The translations under genes and the position numbers were made by a program. From contig OY986947.1 of assembly GCA_963920595.1 (NCBI GenBank), positions 4,092,001-4,156,000 on the forward strand: a DNA stretch of 64,000 nt, written 5' to 3'. The notes below the pieces were generated by a model that was given only the letters and a program-made list of their open reading frames with translations, made no database searches and was not told the DNA's origin. Each line of letters begins with the position of its first letter. The stretch's first letter is position 1. Of this stretch, positions 53,761-64,000 are shown piece after piece. Source of the DNA: Eimeria praecox. Taxonomy: Eukaryota.

Positions 53761-55386
53761 GACAGACGGGACGCTGAAGGAAGACTCCAAGCAAACTCGA
53801 ACGGGCCAGCTTCAACCCTAGTACATAAGCCGCATCTTGATGCTGCTGCTGCTGCTGCAGCGGTCGTGCAAGCACTGCTTGCTGCTGAAACAGAAGCAGC
53901 AGCTGCTGCTACTACCTCCACTCCCCTCCCGCGTCTGCAGCCGTAGCTAAGTCAAGCCGACGCCCATATTCCGCTGGGGGCCTGCTGCTGCTGCTGCTAT
54001 TGCTGCTGCTGCTGCTCATAGGTGTTAGAGCTTTTGTTTGTGCCAGAGAACAACCAAACACCGCAGCAGCACAGAGGGGGGAAGGCGCTGCACAGGCGGG
54101 AGGGGGAGGCCAGGGGGCAATACAACCAAAGCTTTTGCATATTGCTGCTTCATCTTCCTGATGTATGATTTTGCTGCTTCTTCTTCTTTTGTTGCTGCTG
54201 CTGCTGTTGCAGGTGAATCGAGAGATCTATCGGGGTCTGAGTCACTCACAAATACAGTAGACTGCTGCTGCCACGGCAGCAGACAAATCTGTTCCGCTGT
54301 TGCTGCTATTGCTGGACAGGAAAGGGCACGTGAGGTAGTCAAGTCCTAACCGAATCCTCCAAGCAGACTGCTATCTAGCAGCCAATACAGCTAATCACCT
54401 AGGTAGCTATCTATCTAGCCAACTAGCTAGCAGCATCCATAGAGGCCAGTGCAGACGAACTGCCAGCAACTTTGCCCTCTCTCGTCACACTTGGAAGCCA
54501 GCTCGACAGCTGCCTACACATAAAGTGCCCAAGTGGCTAGCTTGCTAGCTAACCAGCTAGAAGCCTGGCTAACCAGACAGTCAGACGGCCAGCTGACTGA
54601 AGGAACACTGCAAGCAAAGTTAAATGGGTTAGCAACACTCTTAGCACACAACGTCAGATCCTGAGAATCCTCCTATTGCTACTGCAGCTCCTGCTTGATG
54701 CGCAGCTATCGTGCATGAACGCTTGCTGCCCTTGATGCAGCAGCGCCTACTCCTACTACCGCATCCAAGAATTGCTGCATTGGGATATTGGGCTGCTACG
54801 TCTGTCCTGGTCAAAATCTGCGCCGCAGCAGCAGCAACAACAGGGACATCAGCACGAGCAGTCTAGGCAGCGCCTGCGGCTCGCAGAATCCGCCTGGGGA
54901 GATTCTACAGGCTGCCGCTCCTTAAAATGTTAGTGCAACTCCGGCGTTCTCTTCTGGTGCGGAAGCTGCTCAGCAGCAGCACAAGCAGCAGTTGATGCGG
55001 CAGGGAGTACAGAAGCGATGCTGATGAAGGGCGCAGGTTTTACGCTTTAGAGCTTATCGTCCTCCGGAGGTGAGTTTGTCTCTCCTTTTGTTCACCCGAT
55101 GAAACCACAGCAAGCAGAAGCAGCACCAGTATTATCACCTTCAGCAGGAGCATCGTTAGCATCATCACTAGCAACGGCAGCAGTTGTAGCATCAAAATTT
55201 GCTGCAGCACCAGCAGCAAACGCACGCTGGCTGGAGGTATTGTGCGGGCCACATGTTGGTGTGACCACTAAGTTTAGTCAGGTGCCTGAACAACAACCCA
55301 TCTGCATCCTCACTCGATGCTTCTCTGAGCCGCTATCCGCAGCAGCATCGGCACACGCACAGTGTGCTGCTTGTCGTGGTGCCTTC

Positions 55387-55459
55387 GCCGATGTAGCTCA
55401 GTCGGTAGAGCGCGAGGCTCTTAACCTCGTGGTCGCGGGTTCGAGCCCCGTCGTCGGCT
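55387..55459 (+). tRNA. tRNA-Lys(CTT)
   Basis: Acceptor stem GCCGATG/CGTCGGC, anticodon arm CGAGG-CT-CTT-AA-CCTCG, T-loop TTCGAGC. Confidence 0.96.
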
Positions 55460-56596
55460 GTTTGCTTCTAATTCGAGCATCTGCATGGGCCTTTACTCAT
55501 TAGCATTTGCCAGTAACACGCAAGCTATATGCCATGAGGGTTTGAGCTTGCTGCAGCAGCAGGAGGGCTGCAGCTAAGCGTCTCCACCAGCCAGCAGCAG
55601 CAGCATCTGGCAGCAGCAGCAGCAGCTTGCAGCAGCAAGCTGCTGCTGCTGTCGCTCACAGTATAGCTACTGTAAGGATTTTGAGGCGTTCCGCAACAAG
55701 GTTCAAGAACACGCAACAGCAACTACAGAGACGGTATCAACTTCACTAGAAGTAGCAGCAGGAATCTGTCGTCTGCCTTGTGCCTTGGAGCAGTCGACCT
55801 GTTGGCATGTGTTAATGTGCCGCCGTTACTGGGAATTGGAGAGTGCGGAGCATCTATTTAGTGCAGCATTGCCTCTGCTAATGCATCCATCCCAGATTCT
55901 TCCTTCGCTACCTGTACTGGGGATGCCGACCTTGGGGAACTGCCAGAGTCAGAGTCACATACAAAAACAATGGACTGCTTCTGTCAAGGCAGCAGGCAGG
56001 TGCCCACTGCTGTTTCTCCTGTAATGATGCATTACTCTCGTTTCGATTCTCCATATTTGTCCGAACTGCTCCATTACTAATTGGGAGCCGAAGTTTGTCA
56101 TCGCCTGCTAATGCGAATTCTTGGCATGGCCACTAATCACTCAGGGGCTGGCGGTCACACTGGATGATCCAATATTACGCATGCACAATATTTAGGGCCC
56201 TTCTGAAGTTCATAGAACTACCCTCGATTCCCCTTCTCGTGCGGAATCGATGCATAAACCACAGTGCACTCGTCGAACCGAAGCTCTCCGGCGCCCCTGG
56301 TCTACACAGAAACGCCATAGTCAGGCCGGACATTGGAGCTCTTTTGCGTCATCCAGCCATGCAGCCTCTCACGCCGCTACAGCTTGCTGCAGCTCCGCGA
56401 TGTATGAACAAAGCACTGGAACGCGTGAACGCGTGTAGAGCAATTACGACGAACGACATCCGAATGCTATATTTAACTTTGCCGCAACGGTTTTAGAGGA
56501 TTTGGAAGCTTTGCAGAGCACGCTGGATGAAAGGTAGCAGACGAACTGCATCGTGCCTTGGTTAGGGATGCTTGCTGTTCGTTTTTGAGTCAACGC

Positions 56597-59486
56597 TTTG
56601 GCTTAAATTCCTAGTTTATCCCCAGCGTGGAGATGACACAGCATAACTAATGCCAGTTTCCTCAAGTGACTAAATCTCTAGAATGCTCTTCAACTCTTCC
56701 CGCTAAAGGGCAGCACCGTCTTTGGGAACTGGAGGACATGGAGGGGATGGAATTCTGGACACATATATAAACAAGCAAACGACCCCCTAAAGACAGGGAT
56801 GGTGTGCGTTAAATGCCGAGGAAACCGACAAAACGAATTTATTTCCAAGACTCGCTTATGCGAAGCTTTTCACCAGGAGCATCTACGTGGACTCCTCCTT
56901 TAGTGAGGGAGCACAAGCTTGCTCATACGCGCAGCAGCATAAATTTGTGTCGCGTGAAACTTGCTGTTGGCATTTACTCTGTCGCGCGCTCAATATAGCT
57001 CTTTCTTCCACATATATACCTGTTATCCAGCGCTGACAGTGAAGTGCACTACCTCCTTCATCTATTGCTGCCTTGGAGTTACTGACAGCGCTTTCATTGT
57101 TCTCATGTTTTGAGGCAGGGTTTAGCTAGACACCTCCATCAAGCTCACATTGTTTTTGCGTGCTTGCGGCGGTTCACTGCTTTTTTGCCCAGGTGGGCAT
57201 TCAAGCATCTAAAGGCGCCTCCTAACCCTGAGGCAGAAAAGGAAAATTGTTGTGACGACCTGAGGCATGACCCGGCTGCAAATTTGATATGCGGTTGGCA
57301 GTTCTGTTCGATGTGTAGCAGTACAACTAGTTGCCATCCGTGCACCCTGCTTGGTGTGTGCGTGCTCGCTAGCTTAGCTGTAGCTTCCGGGTGCTTTGTG
57401 GCGCTCTTGTTAAGAGTGGTGTTGAGTAACGGCATGAATTTGCTCCTGGACACGCTAGTGAGATTCAATTCCCTGTCATTTACGACGCTGTGGAAGAGCT
57501 AGTGCAGCTTCTGCACTCCTTATGCTGCAACGGAACTCGAACTGTGAGTGGAGTGCGCAATGTTTCTTAGCTTCTGCATCAACACGAATGCTGCTGCAGC
57601 CTCTCCCTGACTGCTAATAAACTCACTATGGCATCTGTCGAGATATAGTCCATATCTACTCAGGCGTCGGAGTTGTGCATTCGCCCAGCGTGATCTGGAA
57701 CTCTTTCACAGTGTTAGTGGTGAGAGTCCGGAGAAATCGGCTTAAGGGTATATCCTCGGCTAAGAACAACTTGGCAACTCACACTACTTTTCCGTTAACG
57801 TCACCGTGGCCTTTTAAAAAAGACTAATCATGGGCTTTGTGGATAAGTTATTTAGAGGGCGTGGCTTGAATATACCCATGATATCGTCAACCACAAAGGG
57901 ATAACACCTTACATGCTGTAGTGCTTAACCCGTAACCTGATGCTGAGCTTGGCAAGAGTCAGAGGGTTTTGAGTGTCTTGGGAGCAAACCGAATGCGCAA
58001 TACACACAAAACGGAAACAATAAAACGTAAGCGCAATAGCCAGGCACACTCCCCCACCGCCAGTGTATTGAAAGAATGCATCAGCGGCATTCCCGCGGTA
58101 AGCGAAAGCGCTTCATCCATGATCCGCTTCATCCATGCTTATACCTAGCTTCTCATCATTGATTTGACTCAGAAATTCGTAATTTACTTTACTTGTCTCT
58201 CCAGTTCCGCCTATGCATTTACGAGCCCAAGCAGCGCACAGGATTGGTCCAAAGGGGTTGGGAATCTCTCAAGGATTCGGATTTGGGGATTACAGGCAGG
58301 TTCTATAGAGTAACGCCCTCGGGAAGTACACGAAGTAAGGGAACAGGCAACAACAGGTGTCGAAGGTGCTCAAATGAAGGGGAAGAAAAGCCGACGACGG
58401 GGCTCGAACCCGCGACCACGAGGTTAAGAGCCTCGCGCTCTACCGACTGAGCTACATCGGCGACGGCGCCGCCTCAAAAGCCTAAATCCGAAACCCAACA
58501 CCACAGAACGCCGTCTCCAAGCCCTAATGTCGATAAGCAAAGTGCTTACTTCTGGTAACGCTAGAAGCCTCTCAAACGCCTTTCTAGGGGGAGCTTTGAC
58601 TCCCGCTTTCAGCAGAATCTCGCCTGCCCTGCTGTTGTTGCTGCGGCTGATCCATGAACCCAGTTTGTCTCCCTATCGGACGCTTCGCCACACGCAACAG
58701 CCCAGTAAGTCCCTGTCTATTTTTCACTCTGTTAGCGTCTCTTACATGCACCTTAGATCTTTTCGCCCAAGCGGCCACAAATAGCATACAGGACATCCCA
58801 GGAGTGTACTCTCCAGGATACATTCTTCGGGCATGCCGAGTAAGACAGAGCTGCGGCGGATTGTCACATGCGGCACGGTAAGAAACCAGTAGAAGAGCTT
58901 CTATTGCATGCATTAGCTGGTGTAGAAACAGCGTGGACAGCAACAAAAACACCACCACCATGCGAGCAATGTGCCACTAACTCTAGCTGCAATCCTCGGC
59001 CTTAGCCCAGGACTGTAGGGTGCTGCAAGAGGGTCAAAATATATAACAACGGGTTCTCCGAAAATCAGTCTGCTTCTCCTTCAGTATCCAAGGTTTGCGC
59101 ATGCAGCAGCACAAGGACTTAGGGCTGGTTCAGTGAGGACGCATTCGGCCATGGGCTGCAGCATTGCTTGCTTTAAGTCTTGCTGCACGTCAACCCATGT
59201 GTAAGCAGGCAACTGTCTCCTTTGAATACGTGAATTAATCATGGGAACAGTATTTCAAGATATTCTTGACCCTCACCAGGCATCATCCCCTGTGCTAGAA
59301 ATATATGCACTAAATTCGTACGGAACATGCAGCCTCTGCCCGCCTTACGCTCCCTAAACAGCAGACATCGTTGTGTGCATTGGTGTGCATTAGGGATGGG
59401 CTCACTGAAGAAGAGGCAGGAGGCCACAAGGGAGGCCATATCCCGAGACCCACAACAGAAAAGCAGAATAGACGAGAGGGAATAAG
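56597..59486 (+). repeat. Segmental duplication copy B (near-identical core, contains tRNA-Lys)
   Basis: Matches 50006-52895 with scattered substitutions. Confidence 0.95.
58389..58461 (-). tRNA. tRNA-Lys(CTT)
   Basis: Identical to the 51798-51870 copy, including flanks. Confidence 0.96.
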
Positions 59487-60766
59487 TGAGCTGCTTTTGC
59501 TTGTGCTTCTGTCCATATTGCACATATGTGCTGCTACTGATGTTGATGATGATGAGGATGGCATGTGTCTGCGCCTAGCCCTTGAAGTGGCTTGATCGCT
59601 GGCTACTATGGCCGCATAATCCTTTCGTGAGTTGAGATCAGCGTTTTGGTGCGGGCATCTCAGTCTAGACAAAAGCAATCAATGAACTGCCTCCCATGGG
59701 CACCCTAACGACGCAAGTGCAAGGGGCATCGACCCAGTCTCAAAGGCACAGTAGGCAGCTACTTAGATAACTAGTTAGCCCCTCAGACAGAGCAGTGAAA
59801 GAGTATTTTAGTCAAAGTTGAAGGGGCTAACTTCACTTCGGGTGCACAGCGTCAAACATTTGGTATCGACCTACTGATGTTCCAGTTACAGCTACAGTTG
59901 TTGTGCATGCAGCACTTCTTGCTGCTCATAGTAGAGCGCATACTGTTGGTACCGTGTCCCCGAAGACTCAGATTGTGCTGTTGAATATATCGCCTTTGGT
60001 AGTCAGAGCTCATCCTCCGCTAAAGGCGTGCTGCTGCGTCTGTTGCTGCTGGTTCTTGTCACTATTTGTAGGAGTCTATGGTTGCTGTCTGTTTCAGATA
60101 GCAACTAAACACTGCGGCAAGACAGCAAGCGGGGGACGTTTCACTGGTGGGAGACGAGCGCCAGGGAGAGACACAGCTAAAGCTTTAGCGTCGTTATGCT
60201 TCAGGCCGACGAGGCATGATTTCATAGGTCTTTTCCTCCCTGTTGCTGCTGCTACTGCCGAGTCGGGGTATCTGTCAGAGCCAGAGTCATGCACAGAAGC
60301 AATGGAGTGCTGCTGCGAAGACAGCAGGCAGATGCTCTCTGCTGCTTCCCGATGACCTTGCTGCTGCTGGGATTGCTGCTGTGTATCCTGCAGCCTTGTT
60401 GCTGAACTCCCCAAAATTCTGCAGGTCGTGTTGAGGAAAAAACATTTCAACCGTGCGGTATCCTGCTCCTTTGCAGCACCAAGTGCAAATAGTGCAGCTC
60501 ACACAGAAGCACCACCAACTGTTTCTCCTGCTGCATTTGTCGATGCATTTACCCTCGCTTCCCCTCATAAATGCCGCGAGTCTGGGCAACAGCAGCAACA
60601 CCTGTTGCTCCTGCAACGTGCTGCTGCTGCTGGTTGCCTGAAGGGCCTAACAGCTGCCTTTCTGCAGCAACAACAACTTAAAGACGTTCTGGGCATAAGG
60701 TTTGGGGGACCCTGACAGGTGATATTGAATTAAGAACCCCGAAACATGGACAAGCTTCGATGGAAC

Positions 60767-60839
60767 AGCCGACGACGGGGCTCGAACCCGCGACCACGAG
60801 GTTAAGAGCCTCGCGCTCTACCGACTGAGCTACATCGGC
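60767..60839 (-). tRNA. tRNA-Lys(CTT)
   Basis: Identical tRNA body with different flanks. Confidence 0.96.
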
Positions 60840-61989
60840 GATGGGGTGGGTTGCAATAGCCTAAACGCAAAATCCTAAACCTAAACCTAAAACCCTGTGG
60901 CCTAAGCACTCCATTGCGTCAAACGCGCGGCAGCGAGACAAACCTTTTGAGTGCAGGAGCAACAGCTGCAGAGTAGGGGGGCAGAGGCAAAGCGCAGCAG
61001 CCAATTGTCTCTCCATAAAATGGCCTTTAAAAGGTATCTAGCATTACCCGCTGGTGCTGCTGCTGCAGCTGCTGCTGCTGCTCCTGGCCCAGTTACCGCT
61101 GCTGCTGTTCTTGCTGTTGCTGCTGCTGGCGTAGTTGCCACTGCTGCTGCTGCGTTGCAGCAGCAGCAGCAGCAGCATAAAGCCCTCCTCCTCTCTCCTC
61201 ATGAAGAATGAGAAGAGAGGAGGAGGGCAGAGAAGGAGAAGAGACACTTCTCCTTACTGTCCCTATCTCTCTCGTTGCGTCCTTCTTTGTCTTTGCTTTA
61301 CATTTTATTTTTACTTGCTTCCTTCTCTCTCTGTCTTTATTTTTACTTGCTGTCTTCTCTCTCTGTGTCTCTATCTGTCCCTCTCTCCCCCTTTGTCCCT
61401 TTCTCTCTGTCTTTCACTGTTTCTCTGCCTGTCTCTTCGTCTCTTTTTTTTTCCTTATCTCCCTCTCTCTCTCTTTTTCTCTACCTCCGTCCCCGTCTCT
61501 GTCTGTCTCTGTCTGTCTCTGTCTACCTCTCTCTCTCTCTGTCTCTGTCCACCTCTCTCTCTCTGTCTCTGTCTGTATCTCTGTCTCTGCCTCTGCATTT
61601 GTCTCTGTATGTTTCTGTCTCTCTTTCTTTCTGTTTCTTCTTCTCTATCTTTTTCTGTTTTTGTTTTTCTTTCTTTTTTTTGTCTTTGCTGTCCTTGTGG
61701 GGGCCCTTGATAGATCCTCTCCAGCGCAGCCCGTAGCACGCTAGCGTTTAGTGTTTAGTGTTTAGGGTATACAGTTTATTGTTAAGGGTTTAGAGCTGTG
61801 GGAGACGCCCGCTGGTAGGGTCCTTCTCCAAGTTCTCGGGCGTGAGTAGTTAAAAAGAATCATTATTAGGCAGAAGCTCCAGCAGCAACAGTAACTGCTA
61901 CTGATTATGCAGCAGCAGCAGCAACAGCAGCAGCAGCACGAGTAGCAGGGCTTTGAGGGTTCCCAGGCGGTCGGCTGCTGACTACACCT

Positions 61990-63995
61990 CTAAACCCTAA
62001 ACCCAAAACCCTAAACCCTAAACCCTTGAAGCTTTCATTAACAGTTACCCCTTTTAAAGATCTACATTAATCTCTTAATGTATAGAGAAGAATTTAGATT
62101 TAAGGACTTTGCCTCTAGGGTTTAGAGTTGTGCTGTGTTGAGCAGCAGCAACAGCAACAGCAGCAGCAGGAGCAGCAGGAGCAGCAGCAGCAGCTGCTGG
62201 CCCAGTGGTTTATCTGCCCTTACAGATGAGCGCGTAGGAAGGAAGTCATAAATCTTAATCTTTAAACACTAAACCCTAAACCCTAAACCCTAAACCCTAA
62301 TTTAATTTGCATATTTCATTGTCTTGAGGGTTTAGGGTTTAGGGTTTACGGGTGCTAGCGGGGTCACTCAAGGGTGACGAGAGGCGGCAGCTCGCTGCTG
62401 CGGTCGGTGCTGCTGTTGCTGCTGTTGCTGCTGTTGCTGCTGTTGCTGCTATTCTGTATTATTCTCACCAGTCAAATGTATTCGCACTTCGTTGAGCCCA
62501 AACCACAAACCCTAAACCCTAAACCCTCCTCTGCAGCCGCTAGCCAAAAACACTAAGACAAATCTTACACAGCAGGTGTGTTGCCAAAAGACCAAAGGCC
62601 CTTTGGGTTTCAAGGGTTTAGGGTTTAGGGTTTACGGTCTAGGGCTTGTTGTGTACGGCTTTAGGGAACTGCCCTCAGGCTATAGGGTTTGCGGCCGAGG
62701 GTTTAGGGTTTAGTGTTTCGACGAGATCTGTGCATCTAGCCACGGGGTGTATGCTCCGCATCTCTGTTTTGCTGCTGTTTCTCTGTTTCTTCTGCAGCAA
62801 CAACAGCAGCAGCGTTTGGAAATGAACAGCAGCAGCAGCAGCAACAACAACAACAGGATGAAGGGGCTAAGAAGCAGCAGACCCTCCTGCAGCAAAGTGG
62901 AAGCAGCACAGATGTTTGCTGTTCTTACTGCAGCAGCAGCAGATCAAATAGTTAAGATAACACAAATGCTGCAGGAAGCCCAACAAAATGCTGAAAAGAC
63001 AGAATCCTTATGGGGATATGTAGAAGGATTAAGGTCACACAAACCCTAAACCCTAAGCCCTAAACCCTAAGCCCTAAACCCTAAACCCTAGTGTGTACAC
63101 ACTGTGCCCTACGCTTGAACTCAGAAACCTTAAACCCTAAATGCGAATTTGCAGATCGTTAACATTAACTTAGAAACCCTAAACTCTAAACCCTAAACCC
63201 TAGCTCCTGGCTAGCAAAACCTCAACCCTAAACCCAAAATCACAAACTCTAAACCCTAAACCCTAAGCCCTAGCTCGTAGCTCGCAAGCCCTTAGTAGCC
63301 CTAAGCTCACATATCTCAAACATGCCTGCACCCCCCGAACTGGCTAGTTTGTTGCTCGGTCATCCTAGGGTTTAGGGTTTAGGGTTTAGGGTTTGTGTTG
63401 CCTTCCTATTTAAAGCCCAATTTAAAGGCATCAAAAGAGAGAGTTATCTTCTAAGGAATAAGAAAGCCGTTGAAACAGACAGACTCAGAGCCCTCAGACT
63501 ACAGCTCGCAGCAGGTCAAACCCTAAACCCTAAACCCTAAATCATTCAGGCAGATGAACTCGGCGGTTAGGGTTTAGCTTTCTAGGGTTTAGGGTTTGCT
63601 GCTGCTCCTCTTGAGAACAGCAAGAAAAACAAGAAACAGAAACACAAATCCTGTTTATGAGGCGCCAGACAGAAACCATGTACGCATAACTAAACCCTAA
63701 ACCCTAAACCCTAAACCCTAAACCCTGATGAGCGATCTCCCTGTTCCCCTTGCTGCTGCTGCTGCTGCTGCTGTTGCTGCGCTTCCGGTCTGCCCTTCGC
63801 GTTGTTTGTTGCCTCCTTGCTGCAGCAGCAGCAGTTGGGACCACTGTTCTCAACCTTGCTGCTGCACTTGCTGCTACTGCTGCTGCTGCTGCTGTGCTTC
63901 TTTCTGCTGCTCAGGAAGAGAGAGCAGCGACAGATGAGCCAGGAAATATGCAATCTCGCCCTTCGCATAAGACAAGCTGTAAACCCTAAACCCTA
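61990..63995. repeat. Dense telomere-like heptamer clusters in alternating orientations
   Basis: Many AAACCCT and AGGGTTT runs in presumed introns. Confidence 0.9.
62798..63978 (+). CDS. Partial multi-exon gene, probable coiled-coil protein (exons ~62798-63033 and 63915-63978; continues past the window)
   Basis: A phase-2 join gives ...IVKITQMLQEAQQNAEKTESLWGYVEGLR-KREQRQMSQEICNLALRIRQA. Donor GTAAAC at 63979. Upstream exons (possibly from ATG ~61020) are unresolved. Confidence 0.55.
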
Positions 63996-64000
63996 CAACA

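Noticed and set aside
48400..60900. Intact LTR or LINE retrotransposon explaining the duplication
   Set aside because: No long ORF, no RT/integrase motifs, no TG...CA termini or target-site duplication seen, and the repeats contain whole tRNA genes rather than a primer-binding site.

Overview
Eukaryotic, intron-containing DNA with the hallmarks of a coccidian (Eimeria-like) genome: pervasive CAG/CTG repeats encoding poly-Ala/Gln/Ser tracts, interstitial AAACCCT/TTTAGGG telomere-like heptamers and AT-rich microsatellite introns. The taxon is inferred from sequence style only. Positions 1-48.4 kb are repeat-rich and hold six multi-exon genes assembled by hand from GT-AG sites with matching phases. 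On the minus strand these are a bromodomain + ET-like protein, a predicted secreted Cys-containing protein, a spinster-like MFS transporter, a giant PP2C phosphatase and an RS-domain-extended SAP18. On the plus strand is PEX11. At ~48.4-60.9 kb the sequence switches to a comparatively repeat-poor island with four identical tRNA-Lys(CTT) genes, a 6591-bp-offset duplication (near-identical ~2.9 kb core, diverged flanks), TAGCTA-rich blocks and degenerate gene-like modules. A partial coiled-coil gene runs off the right end. The most notable unexplained structures are the tRNA-Lys island, three tandem isolated tRNA T-arm/B-box units, tandem copies of 5' splice sites in three introns, inverted telomeric arrays at intron ends and a very frequent GGTGTA-NN-TACACC dyad motif. 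No database searches were run.
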